DNA from: an uncultured Acidimicrobiia bacterium
GTDB lineage: Bacteria; Actinomycetota; Acidimicrobiia; IMCC26256; JAENVU01
Length of the DNA stretch: 64,000 bases
Reading direction: 5' to 3'
Assembly (NCBI GenBank): GCA_963765075.1
Contig: CAVXVA010000008.1
Span: 773,078-837,077, forward strand
Shown here: positions 1 to 10,586 of the stretch, in pieces
Numbering within the stretch: the first letter of the stretch is position 1
Layout: each line of letters starts with the position of its first letter
Notes under the pieces: generated by a model
Databases searched by the model: none
What the model was told of the DNA's origin: nothing
What the model saw: only the letters and a program-made list of their open reading frames with translations
Translations under genes and position numbers: made by a program

Positions 1-1863
1 AGCCGCGCGATCAGGTCCGCGTGGACGGCGGGGTCGTCGAACCCGAACCACTCGGGCCAGTGCAGGTGCAGGAGTTCGACGTCGTCGAGCGACACTGAAG
101 TGTCGGCGATCGCGCCCAGGGGCGCGGGCAGGCCGAGGACCCGATCGGCCATCGGCTCGTACAACGAACGGTGGTACCAGTGGTCGTGCGCGGTCGATGC
201 CACCCGCAGGAGTGGGGTGGCCCGTGCGGTGATCTTCAGGTGGGTCACGGGATCGACGTCGATCTGGTGGACCGCGGCCAGGCCCGAATACGGCGTGGCC
301 CACTCGGCCAGACCTTCGACCGTGATGCGACTGGTCGCGTGCTCCACGTCCGCCGTGAGTTCGACGTGGAGCGGTGCCCGATGGGTCTCGGGGACCAGGA
401 CGCTGATCGCATCCGGGGTGGCGTCGAGGTCGAGCACGTGCTCGGCGATCAGTGTGCGCCGATCGAGGCGGAGGGTCGTCGTGCAGCGACCGGGGTAGGG
501 AGCGGGAACTGCGCCTTCGGCATCGAGCCCGCACGGTTGGAGCCGATCCCACCGCGCGGAGAGGGCTCCCTCGGTACGGTCGATCGTGTCGGGCAGGTTC
601 GCGGTCGTGATTCGTTTCGCGCCGTCGAGGATCAGCGGTGCCCACACCACCTGGTCGTTGTCGACGGGCGCCTCGAACGTGCCCGGCGAATGGGCGACCG
701 GGAAGTAGTGGCTGCGGGCCGCGCCGACGAACGGCACGACGACCTGTCCGGCCGGGTTCGCGCTCACCCACGCGCCGGCGTTGCGCTCGGTCTCGAACGG
801 CACCCAGGTATCGGTGCGGCGATAGGTGGTGCGGTGCGGTGCGGGCGCGACCGGGGCCGCGGCACCGAAGGTCGCCCCGGCCCAGGCCAGCTTGCCGAGG
901 ACATCGAGGGTCAGCTGCAGTCGACGGGCCGGACCGCGGTACGAGTCCTGGTTGCGACGGCGATGGGCATCGATCACCCCGTCGGCGTCGAAGCGTGCGC
1001 GGGTCGCGCGGAGCGCATCGATCCCGCGGCGGATCCAGGCACTCGCCCGCTGATCGCGCACGTCGTCGTGCAGTGCGAGCGCGGCGAGTTCGACGGTGAG
1101 TGCCGTCGAAAGCACGCCAGTGGAGCGTCCCCACGGAATCGCGGCACCGTCGGGACCGGCGATGGTGTCGACGAGGTGAAGCGCCGCGCGCGCACCGGTC
1201 GTCCCACACCTCGCCGAGCCGCGGCGCGAGCGGTTCGCAGAACAGCCAGATGTCGGCGGTGTAGATGTCGTACCGGCCCGAGCCGTCGTTCGAGTCGTCC
1301 AGGGTGTGGAGCGGGTTCTGGGTGAGCAGGTCGCGCAGCCGCACCACGAGCCGATCGAGGACGGCGGGGTCTTCACTCAGCCCCAGCTCGGTGCGCGCGA
1401 GCTCGCACCGGGAGAGGACCGCCGCGTAGTTCCGGGGGAGGATCGCGGCATCGAGCAGCTCCAGCCAGTCGCGACTGTCGGTGGCGTGCGCGACGGAATC
1501 GCGTTGGGCGGAGCTGCAGCAGGTGAGGAGCGGATTGTCGGCGAACGGTCCGCGGCGCAACAGCGTCTCGGCGACGCGGTACGAGAAGAACGTGTGTGTA
1601 CGCGGTCCGTCGACCTCGGTGAGCAGTGTCGCGACGACGTCGTCGATCGGCGTACCGCCGATGGTGCTGACACCCCCGGCGGCCAGATGGGTCAGCGTGT
1701 AGAGCAGGTCGGCCCGCACGTCGGCATCGACGAAGTGGCCGGCGAAGGTGCTCGGAATCCGCCACTCGGGGAAGTGCGCGGCGGCGAGTGATTCGACCGT
1801 CGACCGGACGAAGGTGAGCAGTTCATCGCCGAGGTGGCGACTGTCGCGGACTAGCGGATCCAT
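1..1863 (-). pseudogene. hypothetical protein (3' end beyond window edge), reading frame broken by a 1-nt indel near 1190-1197
   Basis: Absent from the ORF track because it runs off the window edge. Reverse-strand translation from ATG (1861-1863) reads MDPLVRDSRHLGDELLTFVRSTVESLAAAHFPEW...DDSNDGSGRYDIYTADIWLFCEPLAPRLGEVWDDR. It stays protein-like only after a frame change inside a (GC)n run at ~1190-1197 (...ARAALHLVDTIAGPDGAAIPWGRSTGVL...VELLHLHWPEWFGFDDPAVHADLIARL, down to position 1). The + strand ORF 171..1325 is its antisense shadow. No family recognised. Confidence 0.45.
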
Positions 1864-2645
1864 CGGTCGTACTCGGCCTCGATGCGATCGGTTTCCCAGT
1901 GCCCGTCGTGGACGATGACCCGATAGGAGAGATCCAGCGTCTCGTCGGCGGCGAGCCCGAGGGGTTCGTTCCAGAGGAACGCCGCGTTCACGAAGTTGGC
2001 CCATCCGTCGCCGTAGGTGTCGGCCCGCGTGCTCGCGTACCACGGCGTCGGCGTCCGCACATTCGCGGGATGATCGAAGACGACCACCCCGGCTGTCATA
2101 TCGGCTCGTACGTTCGCCATCTCGGAAGGGGTGCCTTCGATGGAGAGCCAGGGGGAGGGGTCGCCGAGGCAGCGGTCGCGGTCGGTGCCGTCGGCCAGGC
2201 GGATCACGGTGTCGGTCCAGGTCGGTGCGCCGCGCAGTGTCAGGCCGCCGTACCCACCCCAGGTGGTGAACGGGGTGCGGTCGAGTTCGGTCGCGACGGG
2301 AACCGTCAACGACTCGGACCAGTCGATCAGGTAGGAGTCGGCGTCGATCGGTTCGGTGCGGATCGTTCGGGTCTCGCGCAGGCGGATGGACTCGCCGTCC
2401 GGCGCCACCCATTCGATGGTCGCCGTCACTGCGTCGGCCGACTCGTCGACGTGGGTGGTTCGGAGGGTGCCGAACTCTCCGTACTCCTCCCAGAAGTTCT
2501 CGCCGTTGACGAACTTGATCGTGAACCACAACGCGTGATGCCACGGGTGATCGGCGGGAGCTTCGACCGAGAGCACCGCGCCGGCGGGAGTGGTCAGCGG
2601 ATGAACATATGGTCGCGGGGCGTCCCACGTACAGGCCAGATCCAT
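1851..2645 (-). CDS. PmoA-family (DUF6807-like) protein
   Basis: 264-aa ORF with ordinary amino-acid composition. Motifs DHPWHHALWF, TTWGGYGGLTLRG and VFDHPANVRTPTPWY resemble the PmoA-like/DUF6807 family. Family assignment is from memory of these motifs only. Confidence 0.7.
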   Translation of the reverse strand: MDLACTWDAPRPYVHPLTTPAGAVLSVEAPADHPWHHALWFTIKFVNGENFWEEYGEFGTLRTTHVDESADAVTATIEWVAPDGESIRLRETRTIRTEPIDADSYLIDWSESLTVPVATELDRTPFTTWGGYGGLTLRGAPTWTDTVIRLADGTDRDRCLGDPSPWLSIEGTPSEMANVRADMTAGVVVFDHPANVRTPTPWYASTRADTYGDGWANFVNAAFLWNEPLGLAADETLDLSYRVIVHDGHWETDRIEAEYDRWIR

Positions 2646-2655
2646 GCCGGCGAAC

Positions 2656-3448
2656 CTAGCGCCGCGGTGAGCGGTTGGTCGGTGGGATCGCGGCCGTCAG
2701 ACGGATCCGCGAGACGGCATTCTGGGCCTCCGGAAGCGTGAACCGACCGGCCGCGAGTGCGGAGCCGACGATCGATCCCTCCAGGTTGGGTTTGGTCGCG
2801 GCGAGTTGGGCGAGCGCGCCGAGGTCGTCGAGGGTCGAGACGCCACCGGAGGCGATCACCGGCGTGGCCGTGGCCCGAGTGACGGCTCGGTGCAGCTCCA
2901 GTTGGGGCCGGCGAGCTGCCGTCCTTGCTCACGTCGGTCACCACATACCGCGAGCAGCCCGCCTGGTCAGCCAAGTGAGGGTCTCCCAGAGATCGCCCGA
3001 GTCGGTGGCGCCGCCGCGGCCGCGAGCCGGTGATGCGTCGAGGCGTCGGTCCCGGTGTTGAGACGCACGTCGAGGCCCACCGCGACCCGGTCACCGTGGC
3101 CGCGAGGATCGTGGTGCACCACGCGGGTCGTCGAGCGCGGTCGTCGCGGCACGACGCGGTCGCACTCGGTGGCCAACGCGGCTCGAGTGTCGCGGCGTCG
3201 CCGATGCCGCCGGCCAGTTCCACCTTCACGTCGAGCGCCCGGATGAGGCGGCCAACAGTTCGGTGTTGGAGCCGCGACCGAAGCGGCGTCGACGTCGACC
3301 AGGTGGATCCACTCGGCGCCGTCGGCCTGATAGGGAGGCCGCGGTCGAGCGGATCACTCGAGGTGGTCGCAGTCGCAGCCGATCCCGTCCCGAGCCGGAC
3401 CACACGACCGTCGGCCACATCGACCGCGGGCAGCACCGTGAAGGTCAC
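2656..3448 (-). pseudogene. hisA: HisA/PriA-type ProFAR isomerase, multiply frameshifted (about 11 frame changes)
   Basis: The HisA hallmark blocks are all present in the correct order but are spread over all three reverse frames. They read MTFTVLPAVDVADGRVVRL / YQADGAEWIHLVDVDAA / FGRGSNTELLAA / IRALDVKVELAGGIGD / LATECDRVV / AATTALDDP / AWCTTILAA / HGDRVAVGLDVR / GDLWETLTWL / [17 protein letters not shown] / LAGPN / [27 protein letters not shown]...[19 protein letters not shown]. Track ORFs 2594..3448, 3226..3420, 2967..3176 and 2656..2859 each carry pieces. Confidence 0.8.
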
Positions 3449-3538
3449 CGACTCACCCTAACGATCGGCGACGACGGTGTCGGGATCTCGCTCGTGGTGA
3501 ATGATTGCCTGCCACACTCCTCTGAGGAGGTCGAGCAG

Positions 3539-4399
3539 ATGCAGACATCGGACGCGTCGCGCGCGATCGCTGCGGCAACGTCGATTGCCATACAGCACGA
3601 CCTCGACGTCGACGCCGCGACGGTGATCCACAACTCCAACAAGCTGGCTCTCCGCATGTTGCCCTGCGACGTGTTCGCCCGAATCGCTCCCCTCGGCGAC
3701 GAGGTCGCGCGGCTCGAAGTCGAGATCGCGTTACGTCTGGCTGAGACCGGAGGCCCGGTCGCGGCTTTGGAGCCGCGAGTCGAGCCGCGGGTCTACGAGT
3801 GCGACGGATTCGCCATGACCTTCTGGACCTTCTACGAGTCGAGCCCACCAGCTGCGGTCTCCCCGGAGGACTACGCGTCGACGCTCGAGGAACTGCACGT
3901 CGCCATGAGCAAGCTCGAGGTCGCGACGCCCCATTTCACGGATCGTGTCGCCGAGGCGCAGAACCTCGTCGCGAACCGCGACCTGACGCCGGGCCTGACC
4001 GACTCGGACCGGGAGCTACTCGGCACGACCCTGCACGACCGGAGGCAAGCAATCGAGCGCCGGGGCGCGCCCGAGCAACTGCTGCACGGCGAACCCCATC
4101 CGGGCAACGTGCTCGGGACTGAGCACGGGTTGCGGTTCATCGACCTCGAGACGTGTTGCCGGGGACCGGTCGAGTTCGACCTCGCGCATGTGCCTGAGCG
4201 CGTCAGTGACCGGTACTCGAATGTTGATCCGGAGCTGCTGCGGGATTGCCGGGTGGTCGTGCTCGCGATGGTCGCAGCGTGGCGGTGGGATCCCGATGAC
4301 CAGTTCCCGGAGGGGCACGCCGCTGGACACAAGCTCCTCGAGGCGCTGCGCGCCGGCCCACCCTGGCCCACCCTCGACGTCGTCATGCGTCCGGTCTGA
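3539..4399 (+). CDS. phosphotransferase enzyme family protein (APH/choline-kinase-like)
   Basis: The real start is probably ATG 3539, preceded by GAGGAGG (3524-3530). The upstream part of track ORF 3263..4399 is antisense to hisA. Kinase-like catalytic loop HGEPHPGNV and FIDLE are present. Confidence 0.75.
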   Translation: MQTSDASRAIAAATSIAIQHDLDVDAATVIHNSNKLALRMLPCDVFARIAPLGDEVARLEVEIALRLAETGGPVAALEPRVEPRVYECDGFAMTFWTFYESSPPAAVSPEDYASTLEELHVAMSKLEVATPHFTDRVAEAQNLVANRDLTPGLTDSDRELLGTTLHDRRQAIERRGAPEQLLHGEPHPGNVLGTEHGLRFIDLETCCRGPVEFDLAHVPERVSDRYSNVDPELLRDCRVVVLAMVAAWRWDPDDQFPEGHAAGHKLLEALRAGPPWPTLDVVMRPV

Positions 4400-4427
4400 A
4401 GGGGTCGCGCCGGATGTCGATGACAGT

Positions 4428-5048
4428 ATGAGAGCTATGACCGATGCTCCGTTCGACATCGTGTTGTTCGACCTCGGGGGCGTCCTGATCGAACTTCGGG
4501 GCGTCGAGCCGATGCGGCTGCTCTCGGGCATCGACAGTGAGGCCGAGCTCTGGGAACGCTGGCTCAGCTGCCCGTGGGTGCGGGCCTTCGAGCGCGGCGA
4601 CTGCGATGCGACCGCGTTTGCCGAAGGAATCATCGGCGACTGGGGGCTCGCAGCAGAACCGGATGCGTTCCTCGCGGCATTCCGCGACTGGCCGGTCGGT
4701 CCGCTGCCCGGTGCGCCCGAACTCGTCGACGCGGTGAAGGCCCGGCTCCCCGTTGGGTGTCTGAGTAACACGAACGCGCTCCACACCGACGAACACTTCT
4801 CGCGGTGGCCCGTCTTCCATTCGTTCGACCACCGCATGTTGTCGTACGAGATCGGACTCCTGAAGCCGGACCGCGAACTCTTCGAGCGGGTGATCGAGAT
4901 CGTCGACGCGCCGCCCGAACGCATCCTCTTCCTCGACGACAACGTCATCAACGTCGAGGGGGCGGCCGCCGCCGGACTGCGGGCGGTGCACACCCGTGGC
5001 GTCGACGAGGCAACCCGGGCACTGGTCGATACCGGCGTCCTAGGCTGA
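4428..5048 (+). CDS. HAD-superfamily hydrolase
   Basis: Protein-like sequence begins at MRAMTDAPFDIVLFDLGGVLI (motif I variant), followed by SNTN (motif II) and FLDDNVINVEGA (motif IV). ATG 4437 is an alternative start. Confidence 0.8.
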   Translation: MRAMTDAPFDIVLFDLGGVLIELRGVEPMRLLSGIDSEAELWERWLSCPWVRAFERGDCDATAFAEGIIGDWGLAAEPDAFLAAFRDWPVGPLPGAPELVDAVKARLPVGCLSNTNALHTDEHFSRWPVFHSFDHRMLSYEIGLLKPDRELFERVIEIVDAPPERILFLDDNVINVEGAAAAGLRAVHTRGVDEATRALVDTGVLG

Positions 5049-5052
5049 GGCG

Positions 5053-6066
5053 ATGCTCGGATCTCGCCGCATCGTCGCCGTCGACCCGCTGCTCGATGCG
5101 TCCGATGTCGACGGCGTGCTCGCACTCTGCACCGAGTTCGGTCGGTATCGCACCTACGGCGAGCACGAACGATTCGAGATCCCCGAAGGGCCTGGCCTCG
5201 CGTCGCGTCACGACAGTCTGATGAACTTCATCAATTTCGGTGGCTTGCATGCCGCCCAGGAGTCGCCGGCCACGCTCGGCGCCCGCACGAGCTACTTCCG
5301 GGAGGAGTACGCGTACGGCGGCACGATGCTCAACGCCGCGATCGAGCCGTTCCTGCGCTCTACTCGGCTGGCCGATGCGGCTCGGGAAGTGCACTGCCGG
5401 CCCGTGATCGAACCACAGATTGCCTACGCCAACCTGATGGTCCCGGGCCAGGAACTCGCGGTGCACACCGACGTGCCCGAGTTCCGAGGCGTCAGCCGCA
5501 AGACCGTGCCGCAGTGGTTGCTGGTCGTGATGCATCACTCGCAGCTCTTCGACGCGTACCGGCTCCACATCGCGACGGGTGTGGCGTGGTTCTCCGACCT
5601 GGAGGGCGGCGCGCTCGCACATTGGCCCGAGGGCCCGGACGGTGCCGTCGTGTATCACCCGATCCGGTCGAACACGGCGCTGGTGCTCGACACCGACTCC
5701 GTCTTCCACGGTGTCGATCGTGTGGCGCCGGTCGCGGCGGAGGCGATGCCGCCGATCCGGCCGGGGTGTGGCTTGCGCGCCGAGGGTGACCGCTGGGTCC
5801 TGCGGGGCAACGACGATGCCGTCCTCGCCGACTACGACTGGGCTGAACTGCGGCTCTCGGTGTCGTGGAAGGCGTACTGCTTCGCGAGCGACGCCGATCG
5901 TGACCGATGGCGCGACCACGACGACGATCTCGCGCTCGACGCGATCCTCGAGGTGTTACGGGCAGACCTCAGCGATCGGCACGGCACGCGAGTGGCGCGC
6001 GACGAGCATCTCGGGCTCGCGCTGATCGACGAGTACGTCCGGTTCCCGGTCGTCGCGCCGGCCTGA
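5053..6066 (+). CDS. hypothetical protein (possible non-haem-iron oxygenase-like HxD...H)
   Basis: 337-aa ORF with good composition. It contains HTDVPEF and a later FHGV, which could form a 2-His-1-carboxylate triad. No family confidently recognised. Confidence 0.55.
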   Translation: MLGSRRIVAVDPLLDASDVDGVLALCTEFGRYRTYGEHERFEIPEGPGLASRHDSLMNFINFGGLHAAQESPATLGARTSYFREEYAYGGTMLNAAIEPFLRSTRLADAAREVHCRPVIEPQIAYANLMVPGQELAVHTDVPEFRGVSRKTVPQWLLVVMHHSQLFDAYRLHIATGVAWFSDLEGGALAHWPEGPDGAVVYHPIRSNTALVLDTDSVFHGVDRVAPVAAEAMPPIRPGCGLRAEGDRWVLRGNDDAVLADYDWAELRLSVSWKAYCFASDADRDRWRDHDDDLALDAILEVLRADLSDRHGTRVARDEHLGLALIDEYVRFPVVAPA

Positions 6067-6080
6067 CCGACCCGCAGACC

Positions 6081-6875
6081 TCAGCCCCGCGCCAGGATCT
6101 CGCCGTGGAGCACGGCGTACCAACCGTCGGGCTGGTCGGCCCAAGTTCTCCATGCCGCCGAGATGGCCTCGAGTTCGTTGCGATCGGACAACCCGTAGTC
6201 GACTGCCTGGGTCGCGAACGAGGAGTCGACCACTCGGTCGGCCCAGAGGCCGCCCCACCAGGCGCGTGACTCGGGATCGGCGAAGGTCCAGGTCGAAGTG
6301 GTCGCGGTGATGTCGGTGAAGCCGGCTCGCTGGGCCCACCCGAGCAGGTAGCGACCGGCGTTGGCCTCGGCCTCATTGCGCTCGGTGATCTGGTGGTACA
6401 GCTCGTTCCACCGAGTGATCAGGGGCGTGTCGGGCGCCCAGCTGAACGCCTGGTAGTCGGCGTCGCGGGCCGCGACCACGCCGCCGGGGGCGACCGCACG
6501 GCGCATCTCCCTGAGTGCCGCGACCGGATCGGACAGATGCTGCAGCACCTGGTGCGCGTGGACGACGTCGAACGTGTCGTCGTCGGCCTCCAGCGCGTAC
6601 ACGTCACCGACCGCGAACCGCACCCGCTCGGGATCGTCGTTGACCGCCCGCGCCGCGGTGATGGCGTCAACCGCAGCATCGATGCCGAGGACCGGACCCG
6701 GCGCAACCCGTGCCGCAAGATCCATGGTGATGTTGCCCGGACCACACCCGACGTCGAGCAGCGTCTGGCCCGGGCGCAGGTCGTGGAGGAGATAGCCCGC
6801 CGAGTTCTCGGCCGTGCGCCAGCGGTGGCTCCGCAACACCGATTCGTGATGCCCATGCGAGTAGGTGTCGTTCAT
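6081..6875 (-). CDS. class I SAM-dependent methyltransferase
   Basis: The SAM-binding motif LLDVGCGPGNIT is followed by acidic loops (GIDAA, VGDVYAL) and VLQHL. Confidence 0.85.
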   Translation of the reverse strand: MNDTYSHGHHESVLRSHRWRTAENSAGYLLHDLRPGQTLLDVGCGPGNITMDLAARVAPGPVLGIDAAVDAITAARAVNDDPERVRFAVGDVYALEADDDTFDVVHAHQVLQHLSDPVAALREMRRAVAPGGVVAARDADYQAFSWAPDTPLITRWNELYHQITERNEAEANAGRYLLGWAQRAGFTDITATTSTWTFADPESRAWWGGLWADRVVDSSFATQAVDYGLSDRNELEAISAAWRTWADQPDGWYAVLHGEILARG

Positions 6876-6971
6876 CGCTGCATCGTCCCAGACGTTGGCG
6901 CCTGTGGTCGGTGAATATCTCTGGGGCTCGATACTCCTAGTGTTTGGGGCACGGCGACGGAGGGATTGCGC

Positions 6972-8112
6972 ATGGAACTGGCCATGGAGGGTGGACCGGT
7001 CGAGATCCTCGGCGCACTCGACGTCGATCGCACCGAAACCGGGATTGCGCCGAGGCGGCTCCCGGCGTGGACGCGTCCGCAGGTCCCCGACCTGTTCATG
7101 GAGTTCATGGTCACGCTGACGAGCGGCGTCCGGCTCGCGTTCCGAACCGACTCACCCTGGATCGAACTCGACGCCATGCCGACCGGGTTCGCGTTTGCCG
7201 GGATGGTGCCCCATCCGATCTCGTTCGACCTCGTGGTCGACGGACAACGCGTGGCCCGCCGGCAGGGCGAGTTCGGCACTCGTCTGGTCATCGATCTGGT
7301 CACCCAGGACGTACAGATCGAACGCGGTGACCCTGCGGCGCTGCGGTTCGAGGGGCTGGGTTCGGAGATGAAGTCGGTGGAGGTGTGGTTGCCCCAGAAC
7401 GCGGCGACCGAGCTGCGATCACTGCGAGTTGCGGATGGATCCGTCGTGGAACCGCCCCAACGGGCCCGCCGTCGCTGGGCGCACTACGGCAGTTCGATCA
7501 GTCACTGCCTCGAAGCGCACGGACCGACCGAGATCTGGCCGGCCATCGCCGCGCGCGCTCGGGAAGGTCGAGTTGCAGCAGTTCGGCTTCGCCGGGCAGT
7601 GCCATCTCGATCAGTTCGTCGCTCGCTCGATGGCTGCTCAGCGCGCCGACGTCATCAGTCTGAAGGTCGGAATCAACGTGGTGAACGCCGACAGTCTCAA
7701 AGAGCGAACCTTCGCTCCGGCGCTCCACGGATTCCTCGACACCCTGCGAGAGTCCCAACCCGACACGCCGATCCTCGTGGTCTCGCCGATCATCTGCCCG
7801 ATGGCCGAGGACCACCCGGGCCCGACGATCCCCGACGGACAGGGTGGGTTCCGCATCGTTGCCGGAGGACCGGCCGAGCTTCGGGCCACCAGCCTGACGC
7901 TGCAACGTATTCGCGCCATCGTGGCCGAGGTGGTCGAAGGTCGGCGAGCGCAGGGCGACAGCAAACTGTTCACCTTCAGTGGCCTCGAACTCTTCGATGA
8001 GGTCGACGCCCCGACCCTGCCCGACGGTCTGCACCCTGATGGTGACGGCTACGTCCGGATCGGTGAACGATTCGCCGCCCTCGCCTTCGGTCCGGGCCGC
8101 CCCTTCGAATAA
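6972..8112 (+). pseudogene. SGNH/GDSL-type hydrolase with N-terminal domain, single frameshift at ~7551-7562
   Basis: The N-terminal part (frame of ORF 6966..8000) is protein-like up to WAHYGSSISHCLEAHGPTEIWPAIAARA (block I, GSSIS). The continuation LGKVELQQFGFAGQCHLDQF...LPDGLHPDGDGY (block V) lies in the frame of ORF 7429..8112. The switch falls in a gccgcgcgcgctcgg run. Confidence 0.7.
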
Positions 8113-8121
8113 TCCACCGCG

Positions 8122-8169
8122 ACTTTTTGTCTGCGCGTGGGCTCAAGCCCAACCCCACAGACAAAAAGT
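8122..8169. repeat. AT-rich 12-bp perfect inverted repeat (ACTTTTTGTCTG / CAGACAAAAAGT) flanking a nested GC hairpin
   Basis: Read directly: actttttgtctg-cgcgTGGGCtcaaGCCCAacccca-cagacaaaaagt. It sits 10 nt after the SGNH stop and 73 nt before the next start. It is an AT-rich island in a 70% GC background. Confidence 0.7.
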
Positions 8170-8241
8170 GGCGGTGCGGGGCCGCGCGGACATTCGGGGG
8201 GAACGGGGCGACAATGCGGCATCCGGTGAGAGGGGAAACGG

Positions 8242-10586
8242 ATGCGGACTCGAACGGTCGCGGCAGGCGCGATGGCGGCGTTGGTGCTGGCGGTGGCGGC
8301 GGCGCCGGCCGGAGCCGCCACCCCGGCGAGACCGGTCCGGGCACGGGTTCCGGTCGATCGCGTGCTCATCGTCTCGCTCCCAGGGGTGGGCTGGCGCGAT
8401 CTGGGCCGCGACGATCTTCCGAACTTGCACGACCTGCTCCAAGACGCGGCCGTCGCCGATCTGTCGACCCGCGCGCCGGGTATTCGCAACGATCTCGCCG
8501 GGAACTACGCGAGCCTCAGCGCCGGCGATAAAGCGGTCGGCCCGACTCCTGCGGTCGACGCGACCGGCGTGGCCACGCCGGGAGCGACCTACCGGGTCGA
8601 CGAGCAACTCGGCGATACCACCGCGGGTGAGATCTTTACGCGTCGGACCGGCCGGCTGGCGAACACCGGTCTGGTCGTGTTCGACGCGGCGCGGGTGATC
8701 GCCGCGAACGGTGCGACGCCGTATCAACCGACGATCGGTGCGTTCGGCGACGCGTTGGCGGGCGCCGGTTGGAATCGGTCGGTGATTGCCAACGCCGATG
8801 GTCAGGACGTGCCGGGGAGCGCCGCGCAACCGCGTCGGTTCGCTCCCATCGGGATGATGGACGGCGCGGGCACCGTGCCCGGCGGCGAGGTCGGCTCCGA
8901 GTTGCTCACGCGGGCACCGATGGTGCCGTTCGGCAAACATCTCGATGTCAACGCGGTCGAGTACGCATTCGCGACGGCATGGACGCCGAAGTCGGTGGTG
9001 CTCGTCGAAGGCTCCGATCTCGTTCGGGCCGAGGAGTATCGGGCGGCCGTGTCGGCTCGCCGGGCCCGCCAACTCCGGGCCAACGCGCTCCGACGCACCG
9101 ACGCGCTGGTGGGCCAACTGCTCACCCACGTGGACTTCACACGAGATGCGGTGGTGGTGCTGGGGACTGCGCCCAACCCGGCCGACGGGCGCCTCGCCGC
9201 AGTTGCGGTGCGCGCGCCGGGGGTTGAACCCGGCTTGCTGCGTTCGGGCACGACCCAACGGACCGGGTTCGTGCAGTTGATGGATGTGGCCCCATCGGTG
9301 CTCGATCTGGTCGGGGTGCAAGCCCCCGAGTCCATGCGGGGCCGCGCCGTTGCCGTCGGCCGGACGAGTACCGATGCCGCGCGCAATCAGCGATTCCTGA
9401 TCGACGCCGATTCGGCCGCGCAATTCCGGTCCGAGGTGTTGGCGCCGGTCGCGTCGGTGCTGCTCGTGATGATGGCGGGTCTGATCGGTATCGGCGTGCT
9501 CGCGGCGGTGCGGCCGCGTTCGGTGTGGCCGCTCGTGGCGCGTTGGTGGGCGCCCGTGACCTTGGCGTTGCTCCCCACGATCTTCCTCGCGCGGAGCTTG
9601 CCGTTCCATCGGATCGGGACCGGCGGATACTGGGCGTGGGTCGGTCTCGGTTCCGTCGCAGTGGCGGCCGGTGCCCGGATACTCGGTCGGCGTCACGCGT
9701 TGGATTCGGTGCTCGTCCTCTTGGGGGCGAGCGTGATCGTGCTCGGATTCGATGCTGTCGCCGGAAGCCCGCTCCAGTTCAACGGTGCGCTCGGGTTCTC
9801 ACCCGAGATCGCGGGACGGTTCATCGGGTTCGGCAACGCCGGGTACGCCGTGTTCTCGGCGAGTGCACTCCTCCTCGCCGGTCTGCTCGTCGTGCGCTGT
9901 CCTCGCGGGGACGCGCCGCGGCCCTCGTGCTCCTCGCCGGTGTTGTCGTCATTGACGGCGCACCGGTCTGGGGGGCCGACGTCGGCGGGGTGCTCTCGCT
10001 GGTCCCGGTCTTCGGCATCGTGGCGATGCGGCTCATGGGCTGGCGGATCCGGGTGCGTACGGCATTGGTGGCGTTCGCGGCGACGATGGTCGCCGCCGCG
10101 GGTGCTGTCGCGGTCGACCTCTCCCGTGCGACGGGGAGTCGATCGCATCTCGGACGTCTCGTCGAACAGGTGCGACGCGAGGGTGGGGGAGAGTTCGTCG
10201 ACGTGGTCACCCGCAAGCTCACCGCGAACCTCTCCACGTGGAGCACCTCACCGTTCCGTTGGATGGTGCCGCTCTTGCTCGTCGGGACGATCGCACTCTG
10301 GCTCGTTCCCGACTCGAACCTGCCGGCTGTGTGGCGCCGCCTCGACCCGACCCGGGCGCTCACCATTGGGTTCCCCATGCTCGTGGTGTTGGGGTACGGC
10401 CTCAACGACACGGGGGTGTTGGTGATTGCGCTGATGGGCGCGATCGGGCTCGCCACCGTCGTCGCGGTCGCGAACCAAGGAGCGGCAGGTGAGGAACTCG
10501 CCGTCCCCGGCTACGGTGCGGCCGCACCCGAACGATTCCGTGGAGGACTTCGCCATGCCCTACGTGAGCGGTCGCATCATCCATGA
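8242..10586 (+). pseudogene. signal-peptide protein with a large extracytoplasmic domain and a polytopic membrane C-terminal region; frameshift at ~9895-9925
   Basis: The N-terminus MRTRTVAAGAMAALVLAVAAAPAGAA is a signal peptide. The 8242 frame is protein-like to ...GYAVFSASALLLAGLLVV and then becomes Arg/Ser junk. The hydrophobic continuation AAALVLLAGVVVIDGAPVWGADVGGVLSLVPVFGIVAM... is in the frame of ORF 9525..10586. Confidence 0.6.

Noticed and set aside
171-1325. 384-aa + strand ORF (and overlapping ORFs 100..498, 638..1099)
   Set aside because: The composition is Arg/Gly/Pro-rich junk. A clean protein-like reading exists on the opposite strand, so this is a typical antisense shadow ORF of a 70% GC genome.
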